This document shows, piece by piece, positions 9,414 through 18,801 of a DNA stretch of 64,000 nt (the first letter of the stretch is position 1; the number at the start of each line of letters is the position of its first letter). The stretch spans positions 70,121 to 134,120 of the forward strand of contig CAZYJI010000003.1 of NCBI GenBank assembly GCA_964647725.1. Reading direction: 5' to 3'. The notes under the pieces were generated by a model. It did not search any database. It saw only the letters and a list, made by a program, of their open reading frames with translations, and was not told where the DNA came from. Source of the stretch: an uncultured Alphaproteobacteria bacterium. GTDB lineage: Bacteria > Pseudomonadota > Alphaproteobacteria > SHNJ01. A program made the position numbers and the translations under genes.

Positions 9414-10298
9414 ATGTCCGGAAAATTAGAATCTACGCATAAACGCGATTTCTTTAAAACATTGGGCATCGGCATGATCGCCGCGCCCGTGGCTGCTATC
9501 ACTGCCGCATCAATGGACAGCAAGGAATCCGGCGGCGTCAAAACTAAAGAGTCTGCTTATCAGCGCTTATTCCGCACCCGCGTATTAAAAGCTGGATGGT
9601 TCGAAGAACCACCCTTTACCATCTACAACCCAAATACGCAGGAACGTACCGGCATCGTGATCCGCATCGTCGAACGCTTTGCCGCTGATTTCGATATCAA
9701 AGTGCAATGGGAAACGATTTCCAACTTTGCCATGATGGGCCAAGATCTGGCGACCGGGAAATACGATGCTATTTGCGCGAGCTTGATCAACATGCCGCGC
9801 GCTATGCTGATCGATTCCTGTGACCCATTTGTGTTTGTTCCAATGTACGCCTATGTGCGCGCCGACGATAATCGGTTCCATTCGCACGCACAATTTAATG
9901 ATCCTTCTATTACTATATCAGGACAAGAAGGCACGGCCGCAACCGCTATTACCCAAAAGAGATTTCCTAAAGCCAAGCATCATATGCTTACCAATGCCGA
10001 ACTTTCCGATATGCTGGTTAGCGTGGCCTCCAAAAAAGCGGACGTTGTTTATATCACGCCTTCTATATATGAAGAATTCAACAAAAATAACCCTGGCAAA
10101 TTGAAGCCTATGAGTGGCGAGCCGCTGCAATTATTCACTTTTTCCTTCGGCGTAGCGCCAGAACAAGACGGTTTGAAAAGCCTATTCAATAACTCTTTGC
10201 ATCGCATGATGGTATCGGGCGAGTTCGACGAAATTTTTGCAGAATTTGATCCAACTAAAACTTTATTACGTCCCGGCATTTCTTTTAATAAAGGCTAA
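9414..10298 (+). CDS. periplasmic solute-binding protein (family-3-like), possible Tat signal
   Basis: N-terminal KRDFFKTLGIGMIAAPVAAITAAS signal with an SBP-like fold. No transporter partner nearby. Confidence 0.45.
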   Translation: MSGKLESTHKRDFFKTLGIGMIAAPVAAITAASMDSKESGGVKTKESAYQRLFRTRVLKAGWFEEPPFTIYNPNTQERTGIVIRIVERFAADFDIKVQWETISNFAMMGQDLATGKYDAICASLINMPRAMLIDSCDPFVFVPMYAYVRADDNRFHSHAQFNDPSITISGQEGTAATAITQKRFPKAKHHMLTNAELSDMLVSVASKKADVVYITPSIYEEFNKNNPGKLKPMSGEPLQLFTFSFGVAPEQDGLKSLFNNSLHRMMVSGEFDEIFAEFDPTKTLLRPGISFNKG

Positions 10299-10572
10299 CA
10301 AAGCGGCGCATATGCGCGTATTGATCTTTTATGTGCATTCGCCTTACTGTATGCACAAGTTATTCGCCACTTATGCACATCTGCGATGCTGGACAGCGGC
10401 GCAGAAAACCGGCAGATGATTCAAAAACGATTAGAAAATTACCTAAAACTGTAATAATTTTTGTACCAAAGTTTGTTGAAAAATTAATATGCTTAGCCTA
10501 TGATAAAGATTGAGCCGCCATAGCGGACATCTTAGCCTGTTTTATAAAAAATTATTATTTTACAATGATTTA

Positions 10573-10592
10573 TTGATCGAATGATCGATCAA
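10573..10592. promoter_or_regulatory. perfect inverted repeat TTGATCGA-N4-TCGATCAA about 25 bp upstream of a DUF465 gene
   Basis: Read directly from the sequence. Candidate operator. Confidence 0.3.
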
Positions 10593-10616
10593 TAACGTGC
10601 CGGCGGGAGAGAAAAG

Positions 10617-10832
10617 ATGGATCCAACCACATCAACTACGGAGGCAATGACCTTGATCAATGACCGCATTATCACTCTGCGTGCTAAGCACGCTAATTTG
10701 GACGAAGCTATTCGTGTGGAGAGCGCACGCCCGATGCCGGATTTCTTCGTAATCTCCGAACTGAAAAAGAAAAAACTCACCGTAAAAGAAGAAATTAAAC
10801 AACTGGAAAAGAAGATTTCCGACGCTGCTTAA
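10617..10832 (+). CDS. DUF465 (YdcH-like) small protein, second paralog
   Basis: LRAKHANLDEAI ... LKKKKLTVKEEIKQLE. Confidence 0.7.
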   Translation: MDPTTSTTEAMTLINDRIITLRAKHANLDEAIRVESARPMPDFFVISELKKKKLTVKEEIKQLEKKISDAA

Positions 10833-10858
10833 CCGCAACGTAATGCAACAGAACCAAA

Positions 10859-10884
10859 CCCGGCCCATTGGCCGGGTTTTTTGT
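10859..10884 (+). terminator. rho-independent terminator
   Basis: cccggcc-catt-ggccggg followed by ttttttgttg. Confidence 0.55.
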
Positions 10885-11011
10885 TGTGTTTTCAGTCCTT
10901 TATAAGCCGGTTTATTTATCTGCGCCGCTTAAAGTTTTCTTAAACTCCATATTTTATGCTGCAAGGGTTAAATCCGTTTTTCTTTGGCCATTTCAATCCT
11001 GGTGCCCCCGT

Positions 11012-12676
11012 ATGTATTTCATCCGTTTCTTGGTTGCCCTGTTATTTTTATATGCGCCCACCGCGCAAGCAGATCCCGATTTGCCAGGCGGCGAAGGCAC
11101 GGGCGATTGTAGCGTGATCACTGTTAATTTTCCGGATTACAAAGAAGTTTCCAAAATTACTTTCGAACTGCAAACGCCGCGCCCATGCGGACAATTTGTC
11201 GATGGCAGTTATTGGGTAGTCGCGCCAGTTACCATCAAACGCATGACGCCCGATTTTATTTCTGGCGATAACAACGATGCACGCAACGGATTTGCAGTTG
11301 ATCCGAATCATTACCAAAATAATTTCGATGGCCGCGCCGCAGGTTTTGCGGCACCGGCGCAATCCTTGCCCATCAGCATTTCAAATATCGATAAACCAGT
11401 TTCGATTATCAAAGTATCCAGCCGCGCGATTTGCCGGCCATCTTGTTTAAATAGCGCCGCGATTTTAACCGTATTGCCGCGCGCGCCAGAACCATATTCA
11501 TTCCGCCCGCCTTATGTGATGGGCGATAAACCAATTTATACCGTGGCGCAGTTGGATTTACCTGCATTGCCAAAATTAGACACGGTTGCCGCAACACCGG
11601 AAGCAACAGAATTGGCGGCAAATTTCAATGGCCCATGGATCGAGCTGGGATTGCCGCAAGTATCGGCCCAAGCCTTGCGCCCACGCGCGAATTTTAACGC
11701 TAAAACCGACAGCGTGCAGATCAGCAATGCGATTTCCAGCGCCGCATTATTTTCATTGCAAGATATCGCGATTGAAAAACGCCTGAAAGTCTTAGCGCCA
11801 TTAATTCAATATGGCATCGATCAATACGCATTATTGCAAAATGGCCGGATGTGGTTTGCGCAAACTGACCGCAATTTGGGGCATAAATTGCCGATTCTGA
11901 TCGCGGGCCGGATGCTCAAAAACGCAGGCATGTATCATATCGGTTTCACGCATTCCAGCATCGGCGCGGTACTGCCATATGGCAAAAACGCGCAAAATTA
12001 TTTCCAAGAAGACGGTCATACATTTATCGGTAATGACGGTGTGGCCTTGTTCGGCGCAACTTATGGCCTGACCGGCGGCAATTTCGGCGGCAAGGGCGCG
12101 CTTGGATATGATCATTATTTACTGCATAATTGCGAAAAAGGCCCATCGGATATTCGCGATCCGGATGGATACCGTGATGGCGGCGCGATTAACGATCACA
12201 TACAACAATTGCCCGATGCGAATGGCGAATATCGCTGTGCCGCGATGCCGGGGATAAAGGCCCAAATCGAATCCGGCCAAGGATTTGGCAATCGTATCAT
12301 GGAAGACATTGCGCGGCCTTATGTTGCGACCGCCTCTGCCGCGCGTTTATGGGGCCTTGAAAAAATGTGGAACTGGCCGGCATTTTTCGAATTTACCGAA
12401 CGCTGGCACGGCGCGCCGTGGAACAATATGGGCCGCAACGCCAATCCATACGCGGAAACCATGCGCGGATTGCATTATGCGAATAACGAAGATGGTTTTG
12501 TAAAATCGATCACACTGGCTGGAAATAAATCAGCCGCGCCGATCGTTTACAAGCCAATCCCAGACATTGACGATAATAAACCCCTACCCGGTCCAGACGG
12601 TTTAATGCGACAAATCTTGGATATTATGTATCACGGCGGCAGTATTCGCGAGCTGGCGGAATTTTTACCGGAATAG
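11012..12676 (+). CDS. secreted hypothetical protein (554 aa)
   Basis: Signal peptide MYFIRFLVALLFLYAPTAQA. Gly/Asn-rich; no recognisable family. The ORF-track start at 10868 overlaps the upstream terminator, so the later start is preferred. Confidence 0.5.
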   Translation: MYFIRFLVALLFLYAPTAQADPDLPGGEGTGDCSVITVNFPDYKEVSKITFELQTPRPCGQFVDGSYWVVAPVTIKRMTPDFISGDNNDARNGFAVDPNHYQNNFDGRAAGFAAPAQSLPISISNIDKPVSIIKVSSRAICRPSCLNSAAILTVLPRAPEPYSFRPPYVMGDKPIYTVAQLDLPALPKLDTVAATPEATELAANFNGPWIELGLPQVSAQALRPRANFNAKTDSVQISNAISSAALFSLQDIAIEKRLKVLAPLIQYGIDQYALLQNGRMWFAQTDRNLGHKLPILIAGRMLKNAGMYHIGFTHSSIGAVLPYGKNAQNYFQEDGHTFIGNDGVALFGATYGLTGGNFGGKGALGYDHYLLHNCEKGPSDIRDPDGYRDGGAINDHIQQLPDANGEYRCAAMPGIKAQIESGQGFGNRIMEDIARPYVATASAARLWGLEKMWNWPAFFEFTERWHGAPWNNMGRNANPYAETMRGLHYANNEDGFVKSITLAGNKSAAPIVYKPIPDIDDNKPLPGPDGLMRQILDIMYHGGSIRELAEFLPE

Positions 12677-13633
12677 TTATTTTACATACCGCAACAAGTG
12701 ATTGTTTTTCTTATTCAACACATCATCGTTGATCAATAGTGTCGGCGCATAGATTACCGGTGGTGGCGTTGCGCCTTGTTGTAAATCATGCGCGACTTCG
12801 ACCGATTGTTTGCCGATCAAATACGGTAATTGCGCCACCGTCGCGCTAAGTTTACTTTCGAATACGGAATTGCGCGCTTCGCGACTGCCGCCGATACCGA
12901 TAGTGACGATGTCTTTTCCTTGCGCCTTTGCCGCTTCGCTGGCGGCCAGCGCCAATTTATCTTCGGTTGCAAACACCGCAACGACGTTTGGATATTTCGC
13001 TATGGCATGACCGATAATATCCGATGTGCCGCGCGAACGTTCCGGCGCGGTCATTTGCATCACCCGCATTTTTGGTAATAATCCGCCCAATTTACTGCGG
13101 AATCCATGAATGCGTTGAATATCGGTGGCGCGCACCTTGGGCCGTTGCACGATCAATATATCGCCCGTCTCCGCTGGCATAACGGCCTTGGCCAGATATT
13201 CTGCGGCTTGCTCGCCGGCGACGACATCGTTCGATCCGATGCTGAAAGCCAATTTAACGCCTTTGCCTTCGGCTTCTTTGCGATCGAGATTATTATCGAT
13301 ATCGACGATTTGAATTTTCTGTTCACTCGCCGCACGCAAGCAAGGCAACAAAGTTGCCTCATCAATAGCGGCGATCATCAATACTTCCGGATTTTTTTCC
13401 ACCGCCGCCAGGCAGGTTTGCAATTGCGCATCCGGCGTTGTTTCAGCGTCGCTGACATGCATTTGATAAGGAATGCCCATTTGTTCGGCCGCGTCTTTGA
13501 ATCCTTGCGCCATGGTCATCCAGTATGGACTGGTAGATGATTTTAATAAAATCGCATACCCGCCCTGCTCCGCAGACGATGCGGCCGGCATCGTCCCGAT
13601 TATCAATAGCATGGCGAGAATCGCACGTTTCAT
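12677..13633 (-). CDS. periplasmic sugar-binding protein (RbsB/LacI-type SBP)
   Basis: Signal peptide MKRAILAMLLIIGTMPAASSA with a type-1 periplasmic-binding fold. No permease or ATPase adjacent. Confidence 0.65.
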   Translation of the reverse strand: MKRAILAMLLIIGTMPAASSAEQGGYAILLKSSTSPYWMTMAQGFKDAAEQMGIPYQMHVSDAETTPDAQLQTCLAAVEKNPEVLMIAAIDEATLLPCLRAASEQKIQIVDIDNNLDRKEAEGKGVKLAFSIGSNDVVAGEQAAEYLAKAVMPAETGDILIVQRPKVRATDIQRIHGFRSKLGGLLPKMRVMQMTAPERSRGTSDIIGHAIAKYPNVVAVFATEDKLALAASEAAKAQGKDIVTIGIGGSREARNSVFESKLSATVAQLPYLIGKQSVEVAHDLQQGATPPPVIYAPTLLINDDVLNKKNNHLLRYVK

Positions 13634-13647
13634 TAAAAAGAACTCCG

Positions 13648-15228
13648 TTAAATATCGAACTGCACCCCTTGGGCCAATGGCAAGGTCGTGCCGAAATTGA
13701 CCGTATTGGTCGCGCGGCGCATATAATTGCGCCAAGAATCGCTGCCCGATTCGCGGCCGCCGCCGGTTTCTTTTTCACCGCCGAACGCGCCGCCAATTTC
13801 TGCGCCCGATGTACCGATATTGACATTGGCAATGCCGCAATCGCTGCCCAGGCTTGAGGTAAATAATTCCGCCTCGCGCATATCATTAGTGAAAATACAA
13901 GACGAAAGGCCCTGAGGAACATCATTCTGCATTTTTATGGCATTATTAAGGTCGGTGTATTTCATCACATATAGAATTGGTGCGAATACTTCTTCGCGCA
14001 CCTGATCGGTTTGCGATGGCATTTCAATAATCGCCGGATTGACATAAAACGCTTCGGGATAAACGTTTTCAAATACGCGCTCGCCCCCGTGCAAAACCTT
14101 ACCGCCCTGTTTTTTCGCTGCATTCAAGGCATGCTGCATATTATCAAAGGCAACTTTATCGATTAGTGGCCCGATCAATGTGCCGGTTTCCAGCGGATTG
14201 CCGACACGTACCGACGCATAGGCTTTTTTAACCGATTCCAAAACCTTGGCATAAATCGATTCATGCACGATCAAACGACGCAAAGTGGTACAACGCTGGC
14301 CAGCCGTGCCGACGGCGGCGAATAAAATCGCGCGCACCGCCAAATTCAAATCAGCCGTTGGCGCGACAATCATCGCGTTGTTTCCGCCCAATTCGAGCAG
14401 GCTGCGGCCCATACGTTCCGCCACCTTTGGCGCAACTTGTTTGCCCATGCGGGTGGAACCAGTCGCGCTGATCAATGGCACGCGCTTATCGTTGACCAAT
14501 GCTTCGCCAACTTCGCGCAAGCCATAAATGGACAATGACAAATTATCCGGCGCTTTGTTGCCGTGCGCCGCATTGAATTTCGCAACCGCTTTGTCCCAAA
14601 TATTTTGGCAAGCCAGCGCGGTGGTGCATGTTTTTTCAGACGGTTTCCAAACAACTGCATTGCCGCAAACAATCGCCAATGCAAAATTCCAGCACCAAAC
14701 CGCAACCGGAAAATTGAATGCGCTGATCACGCCGATCACGCCCAGTGGGTGCCAGGTTTCCATCATGCGGTGATTGGGGCGTTCCGATGCAATCGTTAAA
14801 CCGTATAATTGGCGCGACAGGCCCACCGCGAAATCGCAGATATCGATCATTTCTTGCACTTCGCCGAATCCTTCAGACAGAATTTTACCGGCCTCTATCG
14901 TTACCAATTGGCCTAATTCCTGTTTATGCGCGCGCAATTCTTCGCCGAAAATGCGGATCAATTCGCCGCGCACTGGCGCCGGCACGCTGCGCCAGGACAA
15001 ATAAGCCTGATGCGCCTTGGTAATTTTTTCGGTAACCGATGCGGCTGAATCGCTTTGGAATTTGGAAATTTCCATCCCATCGATTGGCGAGCGCACGCTG
15101 ATATCACCTTTGGCGATTTTGTTTTTGTCGATCGACAAAGCGGCGCAAATATCGGGCGATAATAAATTTACGGATGGCTGCATCGGTTTCGATGAATCTA
15201 TTTTTTTGGCGGATGAGGTCATGGACAT
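13648..15228 (-). CDS. aldehyde dehydrogenase, ALDH7/AmaB-like (alpha-aminoadipic semialdehyde dehydrogenase-like)
   Basis: ALDH-family catalytic region ELGGNNAMIV. Strong resemblance to the antiquitin subfamily. Confidence 0.75.
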   Translation of the reverse strand: MSMTSSAKKIDSSKPMQPSVNLLSPDICAALSIDKNKIAKGDISVRSPIDGMEISKFQSDSAASVTEKITKAHQAYLSWRSVPAPVRGELIRIFGEELRAHKQELGQLVTIEAGKILSEGFGEVQEMIDICDFAVGLSRQLYGLTIASERPNHRMMETWHPLGVIGVISAFNFPVAVWCWNFALAIVCGNAVVWKPSEKTCTTALACQNIWDKAVAKFNAAHGNKAPDNLSLSIYGLREVGEALVNDKRVPLISATGSTRMGKQVAPKVAERMGRSLLELGGNNAMIVAPTADLNLAVRAILFAAVGTAGQRCTTLRRLIVHESIYAKVLESVKKAYASVRVGNPLETGTLIGPLIDKVAFDNMQHALNAAKKQGGKVLHGGERVFENVYPEAFYVNPAIIEMPSQTDQVREEVFAPILYVMKYTDLNNAIKMQNDVPQGLSSCIFTNDMREAELFTSSLGSDCGIANVNIGTSGAEIGGAFGGEKETGGGRESGSDSWRNYMRRATNTVNFGTTLPLAQGVQFDI

Positions 15229-15308
15229 ACCCCTTGGAAAAGAGTGAAGAATAATGCCGTAGTGTAATTCATTGGCGGAACCCGGCAAGCCGGATTCCGC
15301 CATTATAA

Positions 15309-15989
15309 TTAGTTATTAACCGCTTCGGGTAAGGATTCCGAAGAAGGCGCGGTTTCCTGTTCCACAGAAACAGGCTGTTGCAACACAATCGAAGCAGCGG
15401 CAGTTGCCTGTTCGGTTTGTTGCGCGGCCAATTTCGCGGCGCGGTTGGCGGCTTTTTCCGCATTTTTAATACGGCGGCCGGCTTTGGCCACTGCTGCATC
15501 CAAATCTGGTTGCGAGCATAAGCCCAAACCAACAGGATGACGCGGTTTAATATTGGCGATATTCCAATGATTGCGATCGCGGATTTGTTTAATGGTTGGT
15601 TTGGTCGTTCCCATCAAACGGGCAATTTGCGCATCTAATAATTCCGGATGCGCCTTTACCAGCCAAGCAATACCATCGGGTTTATCTTGGCGTTTGGATA
15701 CTGGCGTGTAACGCGGACCTTTGGACCGTTTTACCGGAACCGGCAGATCGTCTTTGATCATTTTCAATTTTACTTTGGCATCGGCTTCGGCTTCGGCGAT
15801 ATTTTCTGCCGTCAAGTGGCCGTTCAATACCGGATTCAATCCCGGCATGCCGAATGCAACATCGCCATCGGCGATTGCTTGGACTTCTAATTCATGCAAA
15901 CCGCAAAATTCGGCGATTTGGTCAAAGGTCAGTTTGGTATTCTCAACCAGCCATACTGCGGTGGCTTTTGGCATTAAAGGAGCGGCCAT
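15309..15989 (-). CDS. DUF1013 family protein
   Basis: MAAPLMPKATAVWLVENTKLTFDQIAEFCGLHELEV is the conserved alphaproteobacterial DUF1013 N-terminus. Confidence 0.7.
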   Translation of the reverse strand: MAAPLMPKATAVWLVENTKLTFDQIAEFCGLHELEVQAIADGDVAFGMPGLNPVLNGHLTAENIAEAEADAKVKLKMIKDDLPVPVKRSKGPRYTPVSKRQDKPDGIAWLVKAHPELLDAQIARLMGTTKPTIKQIRDRNHWNIANIKPRHPVGLGLCSQPDLDAAVAKAGRRIKNAEKAANRAAKLAAQQTEQATAAASIVLQQPVSVEQETAPSSESLPEAVNN

Positions 15990-16159
15990 TTTATTCCTCC
16001 GTTCGCATCCATCTAAATTGGTGCCCCCATAACATAAAGCGGGAGCGGCATCGCTTTGGTCCTCCCAAAGCCAATCCTGAGTTCTTATTAAGTTGTCAGG
16101 CTGTAGACAGAATATAATCTATTTATGGCAAAAATAAAAGGCTGGAATTATTTATTAAA

Positions 16160-17155
16160 CTATTGAATTTCCAATATAATCTTGCCCACATGCTGGCCCG
16201 ATTCCAGATATTTATGCGCCTCGGCCACCTTTTGGAATGGAAAAACCTTGTCGATGACCGGTTTTACCTTGGCAGCATCGAACCAGGGCCATAATTGCCG
16301 GTGCATTTGCTGGGCAATCCGCGCCTTGCGTTCCATCGGCAGAGGGCGCAATTTCGATCCTGTGATCGTAATACGTTTATTCATAATCGTGTCGATATTC
16401 AATTCCACTTTTGCCCCGCGCAAATACGCGATTTCGATCAAGCGTCCATCCATAGCCAGGCAATCGATGTTGCGCGCAAAATAATCGCCGCCAACCATAT
16501 CCATAATTATTTCAACGCCTTCGTCGCCGGTTTCGCGTTTGCAGATTTCGATAAAATCTTCGTTCTTATAATCGATGCCATAATGCGCGCCGAGTTTTTT
16601 GCATGCCTCTACCTTGCGCGCGTCGCCGGCGCTGGCAAATACAATCGCGCCATGCGCGCGGGCAATTTGAATCGCAAATGTACCGACGCCAGATGTGCCG
16701 CCATGTAATAATACGCGCTCGCCGCGCTGCAACGCGCCGACTTCCATCAAATTGTACCAGACGGTAAAACAAGCCTCGGGAATTCCGGCCGCTTCGGACC
16801 AGGCGAATCGTTTGGGAATCGGCAGGGTCAAAGATTCCTTGACCACAGCGAAATTGGTATATCCGCCGCCATTCATCAGCGAACAAACATGCGCGCCAAC
16901 CGCTGTTGTCGCCCGCGCCCCGCGCGCGATTACGGTTCCGGAAATTTCAAGGCCCAATACATCATGCGCGTCTTTTGGCAACGTGTACCGGCCAAGGCGT
17001 TGCAACACGTCCGGACGGCTGACCCCGGCGGCGGCGACCTTGATCAGCAGTTCATCATCTTCGAGTTCCGGAATCGGCCGGCGCACGAATTTCAAAACTT
17101 CCTGCCCGCCGGGTTTTTCAGCAATGACGCCAATATATTCTGTGGGAAGGGACAT
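16160..17155 (-). CDS. qor: NAD(P)H:quinone oxidoreductase (zinc-type ADH/MDR family)
   Basis: MDR-superfamily fold with a GGxSGVG nucleotide motif. Confidence 0.8.
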   Translation of the reverse strand: MSLPTEYIGVIAEKPGGQEVLKFVRRPIPELEDDELLIKVAAAGVSRPDVLQRLGRYTLPKDAHDVLGLEISGTVIARGARATTAVGAHVCSLMNGGGYTNFAVVKESLTLPIPKRFAWSEAAGIPEACFTVWYNLMEVGALQRGERVLLHGGTSGVGTFAIQIARAHGAIVFASAGDARKVEACKKLGAHYGIDYKNEDFIEICKRETGDEGVEIIMDMVGGDYFARNIDCLAMDGRLIEIAYLRGAKVELNIDTIMNKRITITGSKLRPLPMERKARIAQQMHRQLWPWFDAAKVKPVIDKVFPFQKVAEAHKYLESGQHVGKIILEIQ

Positions 17156-17236
17156 ACGTAGACCGTAGGATGCAATAAATATGGATAGTAATTATGATAG
17201 AATATAGGATAAAATTCTGCCCACTGTCCACCATCT

Positions 17237-17422
17237 ATGGCCAATCACATGGAAGAAGATCTCCCCCGCCCAACCGCAACGCCACCGAATTTGGAAAAAA
17301 TGTCGGTTGCGGAATTGCAAAATTATATTGAATCGCTAAAGGCGGAAATCGCCCGCGCCGAAACCATGATCAAAAGCAAACAATCGGTTCGATCCGGCGC
17401 AGAGGCTTTGTTTAAAAAGTAA
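17237..17422 (+). CDS. DUF1192 family protein
   Basis: LEKMSVAELQNYIESLKAEIARAE ... ALFKK. Confidence 0.7.
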   Translation: MANHMEEDLPRPTATPPNLEKMSVAELQNYIESLKAEIARAETMIKSKQSVRSGAEALFKK

Positions 17423-17431
17423 ATTTGGAAA

Positions 17432-17866
17432 TTACGCCGCTTTGTTTACTTGAGCGGCTTGGCGTTGGCGTAACCAGGTGCCCGTGCCGGAATAACGCAC
17501 GACCAATTGGGTTGGCTTTTCATGATTTGGCGCCTCGGCACAAATCAATTCGATAAATAAATTTCCGTTATCCCAATTTGCCCCGGCAATTGTCGCCGCG
17601 GTCGACAGACGGAATTTATGCTCGCACGACATCGACGCATCGTCCTTGGCTACTGCCGCAATCGTCAAATCCATTTTATCCAGGGAAATGGTCAATTGAT
17701 CGTCGGCGCAAGGCGGCATGATCACCGATATGGTGAATACCTCGTCCGATAATTGTTCGATGGCAAACGAAGGATAGGTCTGGTGATTGGTTACACCATA
17801 CCCGGAATCCGCGAGTAGTTGGCGCGAACGCAACCACTGGGATAAAGGATGAGAGGCTTGGCTCAT
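17432..17866 (-). CDS. hypothetical protein
   Basis: 145-aa ORF with no recognised family. Confidence 0.4.
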   Translation of the reverse strand: MSQASHPLSQWLRSRQLLADSGYGVTNHQTYPSFAIEQLSDEVFTISVIMPPCADDQLTISLDKMDLTIAAVAKDDASMSCEHKFRLSTAATIAGANWDNGNLFIELICAEAPNHEKPTQLVVRYSGTGTWLRQRQAAQVNKAA

Positions 17867-17990
17867 GGATCTAGAGTCCCCCTTCAATCCACAAGGCATT
17901 TGCCATATGGATAAAGATACTATGCACAATACACCCCCCTTGCACCAGCATCATATTTCGCACTCGCAACAAACAGGTTTGCATGCGCCG

Positions 17991-18029
17991 CCAAAAAGCA
18001 ACAGCCCGCCGGATAAACCAGGCGGGCTG
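17991..18029 (-). terminator. rho-independent terminator downstream of rpmE
   Basis: agcccgcc ... ggcgggct stem with a U-run on the minus strand. Confidence 0.5.
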
Positions 18030-18050
18030 CATACAAAGATATTGTAATAT

Positions 18051-18311
18051 CTACTCTTTTTTCGCGTCTGCAGCAGGAGCAGCCGGTTTTTTGGCGCCTG
18101 GCATGCCGGCAAAACGTTTGTTGAATTTGGCCAACTGACCGCCTTCGATCAACTTCTGCTGACCGCCGGTCCATGCCGGATGCGATTTCGAATCGACATC
18201 CAAACGCAGCGTATCGCCCGGTTTGCCATAGCTGGAACGGGTTTTATAGGTCGTGCCATCGGTCATGATGACGTTGATTTCATGATAGTTTGGATGAATG
18301 TCTGGTTTCAT
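18051..18311 (-). CDS. rpmE: 50S ribosomal protein L31
   Basis: [30 protein letters not shown]. Confidence 0.9.
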   Translation of the reverse strand: MKPDIHPNYHEINVIMTDGTTYKTRSSYGKPGDTLRLDVDSKSHPAWTGGQQKLIEGGQLAKFNKRFAGMPGAKKPAAPAADAKKE

Positions 18312-18477
18312 AGCTGCCTCTAATTAAAAAAGCCTGGCTGTTTTTTTGGTACCAGGCCGGTTCCGTATTAAAATTTTGCCTTTTATAAACAATTTCAGCC
18401 GCTTATGCAAGCGATAAACCGCGTATTGCCGCGCTCCCCCGGGCTTGCTATATATAAGGCTAAGTAACGGAAAAAAC

Positions 18478-18801
18478 ATGAAAAATTTTGCCACTGCCGC
18501 AGCCGAGACGCTGGAAAGCCTGATGCATCAGCTCGAGGAGCGGTTTGGGGACGATGCGGAATTGGACCTGGAAGACGGCGTTTTACGGGCCGAATTCGAT
18601 AACGGGGTATATTTAATTAACCGCCACATGCCCTTGCAACAACTATGGCTGTCTTCGCCCAAATCCGGCGCGTGGCATTTTGCCCCCGCTTATTTCAACG
18701 ACACCAAATCCGCCGATTGGTTGTCGACGCGCGGCGAAAAAATTTCGATCTATGATTTATTGAACAAAGAATTAAAACCCGCCGAGGCATTTTGTAAATG
18801 A
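18478..18801 (+). CDS. cyaY: frataxin homolog CyaY (iron donor for Fe-S assembly)
   Basis: DLEDGVLRAEFDNGVYLINRHMPLQQLWLSSPKSGAWHF. Confidence 0.8.
   Translation: MKNFATAAAETLESLMHQLEERFGDDAELDLEDGVLRAEFDNGVYLINRHMPLQQLWLSSPKSGAWHFAPAYFNDTKSADWLSTRGEKISIYDLLNKELKPAEAFCK

Noticed and set aside
17438-17462. Hairpin gccgct-N11-agcggc between DUF1192 and the convergent hypothetical gene
   Set aside because: Short stem, large loop and no U-run on either strand; too weak to call a terminator.
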